Of a DNA stretch of 33,068 bases, positions 17,834 through 28,215 are shown in pieces. The DNA lies in the NCBI GenBank assembly GCA_021323355.1, contig JAJONK010000001.1, positions 1 through 33,068 on the forward strand. The letters run 5' to 3'. This DNA comes from Deltaproteobacteria bacterium. GTDB lineage: Bacteria; Desulfobacterota; Binatia; UBA9968. Below the pieces are notes generated by a model. The model searched no databases and was not told the DNA's origin. It saw nothing but the letters and a program-made list of their open reading frames with translations. Each line of letters starts with the position of its first letter. Positions within the stretch are counted from its first letter, which is position 1. Both the position numbers and the translations under genes were made by a program.

Positions 17834-17861
17834 TTGACAATAGAGCAGAATCCAATATATT
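17834..17861 (+). promoter_or_regulatory. Putative sigma70-type promoter for the yceD-rpmF-plsX-fab operon
   Basis: A perfect -35 TTGACA (17834-17839) is followed by a 16 nt spacer and the -10 TATATT (17856-17861). The -10 lies 30 nt upstream of the yceD ATG, in a divergent intergenic region. Confidence 0.45.
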
Positions 17862-17891
17862 CAAATCGTCCGGCCAACCAGTTCTTTCGCT

Positions 17892-18431
17892 ATGAAAATT
17901 CCCGTCGACCAGATAACTCAGTCTCCCAAAGAAATCATGTTTTCAGAGAAGATTGAGGATTTAAATTCCTTTTTCGCGAATGAAAAGTATCGGGATTTTC
18001 ACTTTCCACCGGTGCTGGATGGAAGTCTGGTTTACTACAGATCGGGGCAGGAGCTTTTTTTCCAGGGATCTTTTGGCGGCAGATTCGAAGGCTGCTGCGG
18101 CCGATGTTTAGCTAATTATTCGTTTGACGTCGAAAAGTCGTTTGACATAGTGTTAGTTCCGGACCCGGCGCGCCCGGAGCGCAAAGTTGAGGAGTTGAGG
18201 CGAGAGGAGCTAGGTTTGAGTTACTACTCAAGCGATATTATAGAGCTAGCGCCGTTAATCGAAGAGCAGGTTCTACTGGCCTTGCCGACCCGCCCGCTGT
18301 GTCGTGAAGATTGTCGAGGGTTGTGTGGTGGTTGTGGAGTTAATCTCAATATTGAAGAGTGCGCCTGCGTTCCCGCTGCGCCGTCCGACTCGCGTCTTGC
18401 GATTTTTCGGACGCTCAAAATCAATCGTTAG
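17892..18431 (+). CDS. yceD: YceD family (DUF177) protein, large ribosomal RNA subunit accumulation protein
   Basis: The C-terminal Cys cluster CREDCRGLCGGCGVNLN..CAC is typical of DUF177. The gene sits in the conserved position directly upstream of rpmF and plsX. Confidence 0.9.
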   Translation: MKIPVDQITQSPKEIMFSEKIEDLNSFFANEKYRDFHFPPVLDGSLVYYRSGQELFFQGSFGGRFEGCCGRCLANYSFDVEKSFDIVLVPDPARPERKVEELRREELGLSYYSSDIIELAPLIEEQVLLALPTRPLCREDCRGLCGGCGVNLNIEECACVPAAPSDSRLAIFRTLKINR

Positions 18432-18492
18432 TTTACTGCCAATTTTCTGAACATTGGTTCTGCCGTTTGCCGGCAGGAAGGATAGGGTTAAA

Positions 18493-18675
18493 ATGCCTGT
18501 ACCAAAGAGACGAACTTCGAAACGAGTAAAAAACCAGCGGCGATCGCATGATGGCCTTACCCCGCCGCAATGGAGCACGTGTTCGCAGTGCGGCGAAACC
18601 GTCCTGCCTCATCGCGCTTGCCGTGCCTGCGGCTTCTACCGCGGCCGGGCCGTTCTTAAAGTTGACGAGAGTTAG
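18493..18675 (+). CDS. rpmF: 50S ribosomal protein L32
   Basis: The track ORF is trimmed to ATG 18493, giving [19 protein letters not shown] followed by the zinc-ribbon Cys pairs CSQCGE and CRACG. Confidence 0.95.
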   Translation: MPVPKRRTSKRVKNQRRSHDGLTPPQWSTCSQCGETVLPHRACRACGFYRGRAVLKVDES

Positions 18676-18689
18676 TACTTCATTCCTCT

Positions 18690-19727
18690 ATGCCGAAAAT
18701 CGCAGTCGACGCGATGGGGGGAGATCATGCCCCGGCGGTTGTTGTTGAGGGTGCGCTGCTTGCGGCCCAAGACGTCGATGCGGAATTGATTCTTGTCGGG
18801 GACAAACTCGCCGTTGAACAAGAATGTTTGCGCATCGGCGGCAAGCTCCCCCGTTTTCCAATTATTAACGCCACACAAACGGTATCTATGGACGAATCCC
18901 CCAGCGTTGCGCTGAGGAAGAGAGATTCGTCGATGAAGGTCGCGTTCGAGATGATCAAGCGCGGCGAGGCGGAAGCCGTGGTCAGCGCCGGAAACTCGGG
19001 GGCCATGATGGCCATCGGGATGCTGGTCATCGGCACGTTACCTCAAGTCACTCGACCCGCGATTCTAGCCATTGTCCCCGGAACATCTAAGGGAACCATC
19101 ATCATCGATGCCGGAGCCAATGTCGACTGCAAGCCGCGCCAGTTACTACAGTTTGGGATCATCGGGTCGGTGTACGCAGAGCGTGGGTTGGGTATCGTCA
19201 ATCCCCGAGTCGGTGTGCTAAGCAACGGCGAGGAAGACAGCAAAGGGAACGAGTTGACCCGAGCGGCCAGCGAGCTTCTCGACAGCGCGCCGGTAAACTA
19301 TGTCGGATACGTCGAAGGCCGGGACTTTTTCAACGGTAAGGTCGATGTCATCGTGTGCGATGGCTTTACAGGAAACGTGGCACTGAAGACCATGGAAGGG
19401 GTAGCGAGCTTTGCCGGCGAAATTTTAAAAAGCGGCTTTGAGAAAAGCTGGTTGAGCCGCTTGGGCTATTTGCTGACCCGACACTCGCTGCGGCATGCCT
19501 ATCGAAAGCTTGATTACGCCGAATACGGCGGAGCACGGTTGCTGGGATTGGATGGGGTCGCCATTGTCGCCCATGGAGGGTCAACTGCGCTGGCAATCAA
19601 AAACGCCATTCGCGTTGCCAGTGAATCAGTTTCACAGAATGTAAACGGTCACATTAGCGCGGCTTTGGAATCCATGGCTCAGGCCGCAACTGAAAACAAA
19701 ACTTTGCTGACTACGATCCGGCCTTGA
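18690..19727 (+). CDS. plsX: Phosphate acyltransferase PlsX
   Basis: The product begins MPKIAVDAMGGDHAP and contains VSAGNSGA, CDGFTGNVALKTMEG and IVAHGGS. Confidence 0.95.
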   Translation: MPKIAVDAMGGDHAPAVVVEGALLAAQDVDAELILVGDKLAVEQECLRIGGKLPRFPIINATQTVSMDESPSVALRKRDSSMKVAFEMIKRGEAEAVVSAGNSGAMMAIGMLVIGTLPQVTRPAILAIVPGTSKGTIIIDAGANVDCKPRQLLQFGIIGSVYAERGLGIVNPRVGVLSNGEEDSKGNELTRAASELLDSAPVNYVGYVEGRDFFNGKVDVIVCDGFTGNVALKTMEGVASFAGEILKSGFEKSWLSRLGYLLTRHSLRHAYRKLDYAEYGGARLLGLDGVAIVAHGGSTALAIKNAIRVASESVSQNVNGHISAALESMAQAATENKTLLTTIRP

Positions 19728-20716
19728 TCGAGTCATGCGATCGGGCCAACTGCAGAGCGAAAGAAACTGAAGTGGCGATTACAGACAATGTGGCATTTCT
19801 TTTTCCCGGCCAAGGTTCCCAGTACGTCGGTATGGGCAAAGATTTGTGCGAGCACTATCCAGTTGCCGCGCAAACTTTGGAAGAGGCCGAACAGACCCTC
19901 GGATTTTCACTCAGCCAGCTATGTTTTCACGGCCCGGAAGCCGATCTTCAACTCACTGAGAACACACAGCCGGCCATTCTGGCTGTCTCGGTAGCCGCGC
20001 TCCGCGTTTTGCAATCGGAAACCGCGGTTAAACCGGCTTATGTGGCGGGTCATAGCCTCGGCGAATACAGCGCGCTGGTGTGCGTCGGCGCGCTCTCGTT
20101 CAGCGACGCCCTAAGGATCGTGCGAGAGCGCGGTCGTTTGATGCAGGCGGCTGTGCCATCGGGGAACGGCGCAATGGCGGTTATAATGGGTCTCGACGTG
20201 GCAGCGGTCAGCTCTATCTGTAAACAGGCAGAGGACGGGGAAGTGGTCGCACCGGCCAATTATAATGGGGGTGGTCAAATTGTGATCGCCGGCTCCAAAG
20301 CTGCCGTAGTCCGCGCAATGCTTCGTGCCAGGTCTGACGGCGCAAAGCGTGTTATCGAGCTGCCGGTCAGCGCGCCATTTCATTGTCCATTGATGAAGTC
20401 GGCGGCAGAAGGATTGAAACGTATTCTGAACGATGTGACGATTCGTCCATTCACAGTCGGAGTTATCAGCAACGTAAACGCCGAGGTGAATCTTGATGCT
20501 GCCAGGATCAAGCTATTGCTAGCGGAGCAGGCGATGAGACCGGTACGTTGGGAAGAGTCCGTCAAGAGATTGGAGAGTCTCGGCATCTCTAAAATGCTTG
20601 AAGTCGGTCCTGGAAGAGTTCTAAAAGGATTGGTGAAGCGGATCAGCCCGAAAATAGAGGTTGATACGTTCGAAGCACCGCAAGACCTTGCCCGCTTAAG
20701 GAATGACATCAAATGA
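19724..20716 (+). CDS. fabD: ACP S-malonyltransferase FabD
   Basis: FLFPGQGSQYVGMG is present, as are the active-site GHSLGEYSAL and the QPAI and APFH motifs. The start is either TTG 19724 (overlapping the plsX stop) or, perhaps more likely, GTG 19772 (giving MAITDNVAFLFPGQGSQ). Confidence 0.95.
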   Translation: MIESCDRANCRAKETEVAITDNVAFLFPGQGSQYVGMGKDLCEHYPVAAQTLEEAEQTLGFSLSQLCFHGPEADLQLTENTQPAILAVSVAALRVLQSETAVKPAYVAGHSLGEYSALVCVGALSFSDALRIVRERGRLMQAAVPSGNGAMAVIMGLDVAAVSSICKQAEDGEVVAPANYNGGGQIVIAGSKAAVVRAMLRARSDGAKRVIELPVSAPFHCPLMKSAAEGLKRILNDVTIRPFTVGVISNVNAEVNLDAARIKLLLAEQAMRPVRWEESVKRLESLGISKMLEVGPGRVLKGLVKRISPKIEVDTFEAPQDLARLRNDIK

Positions 20717-21456
20717 AATTGAACGGGCAAGTCGCTCTGGTGACAGGCGCAAGTCGCGGCATTGGTCGGGCTATCGCCGTGGCTCTCGGTCAAGCGGGAG
20801 CATACGTGGTGATTAATTACCGTGGCAATCAAGAGGCTGCTGAGTCGGCGCTCGAAGAGCTTCACGGCGCCGGTGGCCAAGGGGAACTTTGCCGATTCGA
20901 TGTCGCAATCGAAACTGCTGTTGATGCGGCTGTCAAGAAAATCGTTGACGCACAAGGGAAAGTTGATATTCTGGTCAATAATGCCGGGGTGACCTCGGAT
21001 ACTCTTCTAATTCGCTCAAAGGCCCAAGATTGGGATCAGGTCATAGGGACTAATCTCAGGGGTACGGTTCTCTGTACCAAATCGGTTTGCCGTGCCATGA
21101 TCCGCCAGCGTTATGGTAGGATCGTTAATCTTTCTTCGGTAGTTGGACAGACCGGCAACGTCGGACAATCAATCTACGCGGCAACAAAGGCGGGGATCCT
21201 CGGGTTTACCAAATCAATCGCGCGGGAACTTGCGTCGCGCGGGATCACTGTGAACGCCGTGGCTCCGGGCTTTATTGAAACCGAGATGACCGCTAATTTA
21301 TCGCCGCAACTGCAGGAGGAGTTTCTTCGCTCGATTCCCTTGGGCAGGTTTGGCAGGAGCGAGGAAGTGGCGCAACTGGTGGTGTTTCTCACGGGACCGG
21401 GAGCAGCCTATATTACTGGGCAAGTGATGAATGTTAATGGCGGACTTTACATGTAG
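20713..21456 (+). CDS. fabG: 3-oxoacyl-ACP reductase FabG
   Basis: The ATG overlaps the fabD stop (ATGA). The SDR motifs [17 protein letters not shown] and YAATKAG are present, and the C-terminus reads [12 protein letters not shown]. Confidence 0.95.
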   Translation: MKLNGQVALVTGASRGIGRAIAVALGQAGAYVVINYRGNQEAAESALEELHGAGGQGELCRFDVAIETAVDAAVKKIVDAQGKVDILVNNAGVTSDTLLIRSKAQDWDQVIGTNLRGTVLCTKSVCRAMIRQRYGRIVNLSSVVGQTGNVGQSIYAATKAGILGFTKSIARELASRGITVNAVAPGFIETEMTANLSPQLQEEFLRSIPLGRFGRSEEVAQLVVFLTGPGAAYITGQVMNVNGGLYM

Positions 21457-21488
21457 CAAGAATGGCGAATAAGCAGGAGGAAAACAAA

Positions 21489-21725
21489 ATGGCGGCATCT
21501 GTGCAGGCTAGGGTAAAAGAGATCGTGTGTGAACAATTGGGGGTAAGCGAGGATGAGGTGGTTCCTGAAGCATCTTTCATCGAAGATCTAGGCGCGGATT
21601 CGTTGGATATTGTCGAATTGGTGATGGCTCTGGAAGAAGAGTACGAGATGGAGATTTCCGACGAGGATGCCGAGAAAATTAAGACTGTCCAGGACGTCAT
21701 CTCATATATCGATAATCATCGTTAG
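21489..21725 (+). CDS. acpP: Acyl carrier protein
   Basis: The start is trimmed to ATG 21489, which is preceded by AGGAGG at 21475-21480. The phosphopantetheine attachment motif [18 protein letters not shown] is present. Confidence 0.95.
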   Translation: MAASVQARVKEIVCEQLGVSEDEVVPEASFIEDLGADSLDIVELVMALEEEYEMEISDEDAEKIKTVQDVISYIDNHR

Positions 21726-21868
21726 CTGTAGGTCCATTCAGAAATTTCGGCGTTAGATAATGCATCCGGAGCTGGAGCTTTGGCCATTTAGGACTCGGGC
21801 TCGCACGAGTGTACAACGACTCCTGCTACCTCGCTTTCGCTGGGAGAAGATTCCGTCTCAATAATTTC

Positions 21869-22348
21869 ATGATTGCTATGGGCAGTGACCACGGCGGAGT
21901 AGAACTCAAAGATTTCTTGGCCGGCGTGCTTCGTTCAAAAAACATTGATGTGCAGGACCTCGGCACACACGGCAGTGAATCGGTCGACTATCCCGACTTT
22001 GGCCGGCTGGTGTCGCAGCAAGTCTCACAAGGAGAGGCGGATCGAGGAATATTAATCTGTACCACCGGCATTGGAATGTCCATCTTAGCCAACAAATATC
22101 CCAATGTTCGGGCCGCTTTGGTGCAGGATCGTGAAACAGCGCGCACCAGTCGCGAGCACAATGACGCAAATGTTTTGGTTCTCGCCGGAGCCACCACCGA
22201 ACCTGCCCTCGCCCGCGAGATTTTGGAGATCTGGATTAACACGCCTTTTGCCGGCGGCCGCCATCAACGACGTCTCGACAAGATAACTGAAATTGAGCGA
22301 GATTTAGGAACACAGAAACACCAGCGGAAAGAGCGCGAAGGATCTTGA
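21869..22348 (+). CDS. rpiB: Ribose 5-phosphate isomerase B
   Basis: The start is trimmed to ATG 21869, giving MIAMGSDHGGVELK. CTTGIGMSILANK and the RHQRRLDKI region are also present. Confidence 0.92.
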   Translation: MIAMGSDHGGVELKDFLAGVLRSKNIDVQDLGTHGSESVDYPDFGRLVSQQVSQGEADRGILICTTGIGMSILANKYPNVRAALVQDRETARTSREHNDANVLVLAGATTEPALAREILEIWINTPFAGGRHQRRLDKITEIERDLGTQKHQRKEREGS

Positions 22349-22351
22349 TTG

Positions 22352-23605
22352 ATGTCTTTTCTGCAGCAAACCGACAGCGAAGTTTTTGCCTCGATCCAAA
22401 AAGAAACCAACAGGCTCGAACAGAATTTGGAGCTGATCGCGTCTGAGAACGTCGTCAGCGAAGCGGTGTTGGAAGCTCAGGGCTGCGTGATGACTAACAA
22501 GTACGCAGAAGGGTATCCAGGCAAGCGCTATTACGGCGGCTGTGAATTTGTCGATGAGGTCGAATCTCTGGCCATAGCCAGGGCCCGAGAACTCTTCGGC
22601 GCCGATCATGCAAACGTGCAGCCTCATTCCGGCAGCCAAGCTAATATGACCGTGTATCTGTCCGTGCTTAAGCCGGGCGATTGTTATCTCGGGATGAATC
22701 TTGCGCATGGCGGTCATCTATCGATGGGCAGCCCAGTCAATTTTTCCGGAATCCTGTACCGTGTCATCCCCTACGGGGTCTCAGAAAAAACTGAAACCAT
22801 CGACTATGATGAAGTGGCCAAACTCGCGCGCGAACACCGGCCGAAACTGATCATTGCCGGCGCTAGCGCCTATCCGCGAATCATAGACTTTGCTAAATTT
22901 CGTCAAATTGCAGATGAGGTGGGAGCGGTTTTGATGGTGGACATGGCGCATATCGCCGGCTTGGTTGCAGCGGGTGTGCATCCTAGCCCAGTCCCTTATG
23001 CTGACTTTGTAACCACCACGACTCACAAAACTCTACGAGGCCCTCGTGGAGGAATGGTCTTGTGCCGTGCCGCTCATGCCAAAACAATCGACAGCAAAGT
23101 CTTTCCCGGCATGCAAGGCGGTCCCTTGATGCACGTAATCGCTGCGAAAGCCGTGGCGCTGAAAGAGGCGCTCGATCCAGGGTTCAGGATCTATCAACAG
23201 CAAATTGTAAAGAACGCTCAAGCCCTGGCGAAATCTCTCAGTTCGAACGGCTACCGCCTTACCTCGGGGGGGACCGACAATCATCTGATGCTGGTGGATC
23301 TGCGGAAATCTGAGCTGACAGGCAAAGCGGCACAGGAGACTCTCGATCGGGCGCACATTACGGTTAACCGCAACGCGGTGCCATTCGATACCCGGTCCCC
23401 GTTTATCACCAGCGGAATTCGCATCGGTACGCCCGCCGTCACGAGTCGTGGCATGAAGGAGGAGGAAATGGCTCTGATCGGCGATTTGATTGCCAGGGCG
23501 CTCGACCATGTGAGCGATGAAAACGTTTTAAGCGAGGTTGCTAAGCAGGTGGCCGCGCTGTGCAGAAAGTTTCCAGTTTATCCGCACCGGCTTCCGTCAA
23601 ATTGA
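22352..23605 (+). CDS. glyA: Serine hydroxymethyltransferase
   Basis: [21 protein letters not shown] and [15 protein letters not shown] (PLP lysine) are present. The ATG at 22352 immediately follows the TTG used by the ORF track. Confidence 0.97.
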   Translation: MSFLQQTDSEVFASIQKETNRLEQNLELIASENVVSEAVLEAQGCVMTNKYAEGYPGKRYYGGCEFVDEVESLAIARARELFGADHANVQPHSGSQANMTVYLSVLKPGDCYLGMNLAHGGHLSMGSPVNFSGILYRVIPYGVSEKTETIDYDEVAKLAREHRPKLIIAGASAYPRIIDFAKFRQIADEVGAVLMVDMAHIAGLVAAGVHPSPVPYADFVTTTTHKTLRGPRGGMVLCRAAHAKTIDSKVFPGMQGGPLMHVIAAKAVALKEALDPGFRIYQQQIVKNAQALAKSLSSNGYRLTSGGTDNHLMLVDLRKSELTGKAAQETLDRAHITVNRNAVPFDTRSPFITSGIRIGTPAVTSRGMKEEEMALIGDLIARALDHVSDENVLSEVAKQVAALCRKFPVYPHRLPSN

Positions 23606-23729
23606 CCTGATCGGTATAGTCAACCTATCAATCCCGCCAACCTCACAGGATTTACTCTGCGGTCCTGCGATAATCTATTGCCTGGTTTACATAAGTGAAC
23701 TAGCTGGCTGTGCTCGAAGGAACAATCGG

Positions 23730-24233
23730 ATGAAATGCCCCTTTTGTCATGAGACCGAGAACCGCGTCATCGATTCGCGCTTGAGCAAGGATAGCAATAT
23801 GATCCGGCGCCGGCGCGAGTGCTCCAAGTGCTCGCGCCGATTCACCACTTATGAACGGGTCGAAGAGATGATGCCATTGGTGGTGAAAAAAGATGGTCGT
23901 CGGGAGACTTACGAGAGGATCAAAATAATCAATGGGCTTAAACGGGCCTGTGAGAAGCGGCCCGTTAGCATCAATACCATCGAAGCCATTGCCGATCGGA
24001 TCGAGCGAAGCCTTCAGGAACGCGGGGAAAAAGAAATATTGAGCTCGGTGATCGGCGAGGCGACGATGCGAGAACTTCACGACACCGATGAGGTGGCTTA
24101 CGTTCGGTTCGCCTCAGTGTACCGCTCATTCAAAGATATCAACGAGTTCATGGTGGAGTTGGAGGAGCTTCTCAAGGAACGAAAAGAAATATCCGCGGCT
24201 CGAGTAAGCGCTTCGCGACAGAAAAGGAGTTAG
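23730..24233 (+). CDS. nrdR: Transcriptional repressor NrdR (zinc ribbon plus ATP-cone)
   Basis: The start is trimmed to ATG 23730, giving [18 protein letters not shown]...[17 protein letters not shown]. An ATP-cone follows ([16 protein letters not shown]...AYVRFASVY). Confidence 0.95.
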   Translation: MKCPFCHETENRVIDSRLSKDSNMIRRRRECSKCSRRFTTYERVEEMMPLVVKKDGRRETYERIKIINGLKRACEKRPVSINTIEAIADRIERSLQERGEKEILSSVIGEATMRELHDTDEVAYVRFASVYRSFKDINEFMVELEELLKERKEISAARVSASRQKRS

Positions 24234-24236
24234 CGG

Positions 24237-25367
24237 GTGCGGCTGCGACGCGAAGAGCAACTTGATCGGCTCTATATGCGGATGGCCTGCCGCCTTGCTG
24301 CGAAAGCCGCCGGAAGGACCAGCCCCAACCCTATGGTCGGCGCGGTGCTGCTGCGCGATGGGAAAATGATCGCATCTGGTTTTCACCAATTTGCCGGCGG
24401 CGACCACGCCGAGATCGTTGCGCTCAAAAAGGCCGGCACCAAGGCTAAAGGGGCCACACTCTATATCAATCTCGAACCATGCAATCATTACGGTAGAACA
24501 CCGCCATGCACCCGGGCTTTGATCGCTGCAGGGGTCAAGGAAGTGGTTGTCGGCATGAAGGACCCTAATCCGGTGATATCCGGTAAAGGACTGCGCGCGC
24601 TCGCCCGGGGGGGCATCAAAGTTCGCACTGGTGTTCTCGAAGAAGAATGTCGAACACTGAACGAGGCATTTACCAAGTTCATCACTCGCGGAGTGCCGTT
24701 TGTTGCGCTCAAGCTGGCGGCGTCACTCGACGGAAAGATTGCGACGGCGAGCGGAGATGCCCGTTGGATTAGCTGCGAAGAATCTCGCGCCACCGTGCAT
24801 CGCTTGCGCGATAGTTATGATGCGGTGCTGGTGGGAGCGGGCACGGTGATTACCGACAATCCGCAATTGACTTGCCGTATGGCGGGAGGACGAGATCCCT
24901 GGAGGATCATCCTTGATGCGCGTTTACGAATTCCTCTTGACGCCGAGTTTTTGCGCCAGCGCAGCAGCGATAAAAACATCATTGTGACAAGCGATACCGC
25001 CCCCGCAGGTAAGATTCGCGCGCTGGAAAATTTGGGCGCAACGGTTTGGCGGATGCCTGCGCGCGAAGGAGCGGTGCGGTGGCTTCCGCTGCTGAGAAAA
25101 CTGGCCAAAACCGGCATTGCCAGCGTGCTTATTGAAGGCGGGGCAACCACCGCTGCCGGCGCTTTGAAAGAGAAGATGGTAGACAAAATGCTGCTTTTCT
25201 ATGCCCCAAAACTTCTGGGTGGCGACGGGCGTTACATGATCGACAGCTTGGGAGTCGGACATATCAAGCAATCTGTCATGCTTCAAAATCTGACAATTCA
25301 GAAATCAGGCGCCGACTTACTGGTTTCAGGATACCTTGAAACGAGCGGGGCTGGCCGATTGCGCTAA
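24237..25367 (+). CDS. ribD: Bifunctional diaminohydroxyphosphoribosylaminopyrimidine deaminase / 5-amino-6-(5-phosphoribosylamino)uracil reductase
   Basis: SPNPMVGAVL is present, with the deaminase zinc motifs HAE and LEPCNHYGRTPPC, and a reductase domain containing SLDGKIA. The gene starts 3 nt after the nrdR stop. Confidence 0.95.
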   Translation: MRLRREEQLDRLYMRMACRLAAKAAGRTSPNPMVGAVLLRDGKMIASGFHQFAGGDHAEIVALKKAGTKAKGATLYINLEPCNHYGRTPPCTRALIAAGVKEVVVGMKDPNPVISGKGLRALARGGIKVRTGVLEEECRTLNEAFTKFITRGVPFVALKLAASLDGKIATASGDARWISCEESRATVHRLRDSYDAVLVGAGTVITDNPQLTCRMAGGRDPWRIILDARLRIPLDAEFLRQRSSDKNIIVTSDTAPAGKIRALENLGATVWRMPAREGAVRWLPLLRKLAKTGIASVLIEGGATTAAGALKEKMVDKMLLFYAPKLLGGDGRYMIDSLGVGHIKQSVMLQNLTIQKSGADLLVSGYLETSGAGRLR

Positions 25368-25388
25368 GCCGGAAGGTTCGCCTGCATC

Positions 25389-25994
25389 ATGTTTACCGGT
25401 CTGATCGAAGATGTCGGACGCGTCGCTAGCTTAGTGCTCAGTAAGCAGTCAGCGGTTTTGACTGTGGAATCAAGTTTGGCGCTTCGGGAGATCCCATTGG
25501 GCGCCAGCATCGCCGTCAACGGCGCATGCTTAACGGTCGTTCAAAAAGGCAAAAGGACAGTGGCCTTTGACGTTTCGCCGGAGACATTGGAGCGCACCAG
25601 TTTAGCTACCGTCGAACCTGGCACACTGCTCAATCTCGAACGTTCGATGCGGCTCGAGGATCGGCTGGGCGGGCATTTGGTTACCGGCCACATAGACGGC
25701 GTCGGGATTGTGTATTCGGTCGAAAAAAAAGGAGACTTCACGTTTTTTTCCTTCCGGCTTGCACAACGTTTGGGATCACTGCTGGTCTCCAAAGGGTCGG
25801 TTGCCGTTGATGGAATCAGCTTGACTGTGAACCGATGCAGCGCCCGAAGGTTCAGCGTCGCGATTATCCCATTTACTTTGCAAAACACTAATTTGCGCGC
25901 CCTTAGGGTTGGTGATAAAGTCAATGTCGAAACAGATCTGATCGGCAAGTACGTTCGTCACTTCGTTAACCAACGAACTAAAAATCAGCTTTAA
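25389..25994 (+). CDS. ribE: Riboflavin synthase (alpha chain)
   Basis: MFTGLIEDVG is present, with the duplicated lumazine-binding repeat (GASIAVNGACLTV and GSVAVDGISLTV) and GHLVTGHIDG. Confidence 0.95.
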   Translation: MFTGLIEDVGRVASLVLSKQSAVLTVESSLALREIPLGASIAVNGACLTVVQKGKRTVAFDVSPETLERTSLATVEPGTLLNLERSMRLEDRLGGHLVTGHIDGVGIVYSVEKKGDFTFFSFRLAQRLGSLLVSKGSVAVDGISLTVNRCSARRFSVAIIPFTLQNTNLRALRVGDKVNVETDLIGKYVRHFVNQRTKNQL

Positions 25995-26019
25995 CGCTCG
26001 ACGCCATTTAGGTACCACC

Positions 26020-27246
26020 ATGCCCATCTCCAGTATTGATGAAGCCCTCGAGGACCTTCGCCAGGGGCGGATGATTATTCTCGTCAATGAGGAGGCTGCA
26101 GACAGCGACGGGTTTTTTTGCGTTCCGGCGGAGAAAGTCAACGCCGACATCATCAATCAGATGCTGCACCACGGCAGAGGGGTCATTTATCTGGCACTCA
26201 CCGAAGAGCGAATTCGCCAACTGGGCATTCTGCTGATTCCGCATGAGAGCAGCAACTTCTCCGGGCATCTATTCGGAGCGGCCTTCTCCGCGCGTCTTGA
26301 AGGTGTGCCCGCGGTCTCCGCCAAGGGGCGCGCGCATACGATTCAAGTCGCTGTTGCAGATCAATCAAAACACGCGGACTTAATCGTTCCGGGACATATC
26401 CAGCCGATCCAAGCGCGCTCCGGGGGAGTACTGGCACGCTCGGGGCGAGCGGAAGCTTCGATCGATTTAGCGCGCTTGTGCGGATTTACCCCTGCAGGGG
26501 TGATCTGCCACATACTCAACGATGATGGTGCTGTGGCATTGTTGCCGGATCTGGAACAGCTCGCGGAGCGGCTGGGAATAAAAGTCGTGGCCGTGACCCG
26601 GCTGATCGCCTATCGCTTGCGCAATGAGAGCTTGGTCAAACGAGCCGCCGAGGAGATCTTTCCGACAATCCATGGCGGCATGTACAAGGCTATCGTTTAT
26701 CGAAACGAAGTGGATGCTTCCGAGCATATGGCGCTGGTTAAGGGGGATATCAGCAATCCTGACAGCGTCCTGGTGCGTTTGCATTCGGAATGCTTGACCG
26801 GAGATGTTTTCGGCTCAGAGCGCTGCGACTGTGGCGACCAGATCCGCCAATCACTTAGGCTCATTGATCAGGCTGGCAAAGGCGTACTCGTTTATATGCA
26901 TCAAGAGGGTCGTGGCATAGGCCTCACCAACAAGATTAAAGCATATGCGTTGCAGGATCGGGGTTTTGATACCGTGGAGGCCAATCTGGAACTAGGGTTT
27001 AAAGAAGATCTCCGCGACTATGGGATCGCCGCTCAGATGCTGCGGGATCTGGGGGTGAAAAGCGTTCGCCTGTTGACCAACAACCCGCGAAAAATTTCTG
27101 GTATCGAAGAGTACGGGGTGAGGGTCAAAGAAAGAGTTCCTCTCGAAGTATCGCCGCGTGACACCAATATTCATTACCTGCGCACCAAGCAAAAAAAACT
27201 CGGCCACTTACTAACCAATCTGGAAGCGAAACCGGCCAAATCTTAA
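26020..27246 (+). CDS. ribBA: Bifunctional 3,4-dihydroxy-2-butanone-4-phosphate synthase / GTP cyclohydrolase II
   Basis: The N-terminal DHBP synthase half contains GRMIILVNEE and GHIQPI. The C-terminal GCH-II half contains RLHSECLTGDVFGSERCDCGDQ, the Cys zinc site, and LLTNNPRK. Confidence 0.95.
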   Translation: MPISSIDEALEDLRQGRMIILVNEEAADSDGFFCVPAEKVNADIINQMLHHGRGVIYLALTEERIRQLGILLIPHESSNFSGHLFGAAFSARLEGVPAVSAKGRAHTIQVAVADQSKHADLIVPGHIQPIQARSGGVLARSGRAEASIDLARLCGFTPAGVICHILNDDGAVALLPDLEQLAERLGIKVVAVTRLIAYRLRNESLVKRAAEEIFPTIHGGMYKAIVYRNEVDASEHMALVKGDISNPDSVLVRLHSECLTGDVFGSERCDCGDQIRQSLRLIDQAGKGVLVYMHQEGRGIGLTNKIKAYALQDRGFDTVEANLELGFKEDLRDYGIAAQMLRDLGVKSVRLLTNNPRKISGIEEYGVRVKERVPLEVSPRDTNIHYLRTKQKKLGHLLTNLEAKPAKS

Positions 27247-27252
27247 CCTTTT

Positions 27253-27723
27253 ATGGCCAGAGTCATCGAAGGCACTGTTAATGCGCGCGGCATGAAAATC
27301 GGCGTCATTGTCAGCCGATTCAATAATTTTATTACCGTCAAGCTTCTCCAAGGCGCATTGGAAGGTCTGAAGACTCATGGCGGCGCGGATGATGATCTGA
27401 CGGTGGTTCATGTGCCGGGAGCGTTTGAAATTCCCATCGTCGCGGCAAGGATGTCAGCCAGCGGAAAATTTGATGCACTCGTGTGTCTGGGTGCCGTGAT
27501 TCGAGGCGATACGCCGCATTTCGAGTATGTCTGCGATGCTGTAACCCATGGAATTAGCAAGGCCGTTTGGGAATACCACATCCCGATCAGTTTCGGCGTT
27601 CTGACAACCGAGAACGTGCAACAGGCAATGGAACGCTCCGGAGTGAAGGATGCGAACAAAGGATATGAAGCCGCTTTGACTGCCATTGAGATGGTAAACG
27701 TGCTGCGCCAGCTTGCTCGATAA
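27253..27723 (+). CDS. ribH: 6,7-dimethyl-8-ribityllumazine synthase
   Basis: IGVIVSRFN, VPGAFEIP, LGAVIRGDTPHFEYV and FGVLTTE are present. Confidence 0.95.
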   Translation: MARVIEGTVNARGMKIGVIVSRFNNFITVKLLQGALEGLKTHGGADDDLTVVHVPGAFEIPIVAARMSASGKFDALVCLGAVIRGDTPHFEYVCDAVTHGISKAVWEYHIPISFGVLTTENVQQAMERSGVKDANKGYEAALTAIEMVNVLRQLAR

Positions 27724-27794
27724 CCGTATGGATTTGTCGTGGTCGAGGGGACTGGCGTGCGATCGTTCAGAATATCCACAAGATTTTTTTAGTC

Positions 27795-28211
27795 ATGGGA
27801 ATTAGGCGCAAAGGCAGGGAGTTGGCCCTTCAGGCTCTCTATCAGATTGAAATTACCGGGGATGCTTCAGCGGCAGCGGTTGATCTCTTCCTCAGCCATT
27901 TCGAAGGCAGTGCGCCGGCCAAAGAATTCGCGCGCCGTTTAGTATCCGGCGTCGTCAGCCAGCGTCCCGATATCGATCGATTGATCGAGCAGTGCACGGT
28001 AAACTGGAGGCTCGTGCGCATGGCCAAAGTGGATCTGCTAATTCTCCGGATGGCGGCATACGAATTGATCTTCTGCCCGGACATTCCCCTCAATGTCAGT
28101 CTGGACGAAGCTATCGAGATGGGCAAACGGTTCGGCACCGGCGATTCGGGCTCGTTTATCAACGGCGTGTTGGATCAGCTGGCGCATGCAGAGATTGCCA
28201 AAGCTCACTGA
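27795..28211 (+). CDS. nusB: Transcription antitermination factor NusB
   Basis: [29 protein letters not shown]-like [12 protein letters not shown] and FINGVLD are present. The gene sits in the conserved position after ribH. Confidence 0.95.
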   Translation: MGIRRKGRELALQALYQIEITGDASAAAVDLFLSHFEGSAPAKEFARRLVSGVVSQRPDIDRLIEQCTVNWRLVRMAKVDLLILRMAAYELIFCPDIPLNVSLDEAIEMGKRFGTGDSGSFINGVLDQLAHAEIAKAH

Positions 28212-28215
28212 CAGC

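Noticed and set aside
23538-23729. The 64-codon 5' extension of the nrdR track ORF overlaps the glyA 3' end.
   Set aside because: NrdR proteins begin with the zinc ribbon MKCPFC, which here starts at ATG 23730. The upstream peptide is low-quality and overlaps glyA out of frame.
23606-24236. I looked for an FMN (RFN) riboswitch upstream of the riboflavin operon.
   Set aside because: ribD starts 3 nt after nrdR, and the 124 nt upstream of nrdR lacks the conserved RFN core segments as I remember them. No FMN riboswitch is supported. The rib genes appear to be co-transcribed with nrdR, as in the known nrdR-ribD linkage.
28093-28215. The 5' extension of the 905 aa track ORF for leuS overlaps the 3' end of nusB.
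   Set aside because: The extension has no LeuS-like sequence. The canonical N-terminus [15 protein letters not shown] begins at ATG 28216, just after the nusB stop, so the extension is an ORF-caller artefact.
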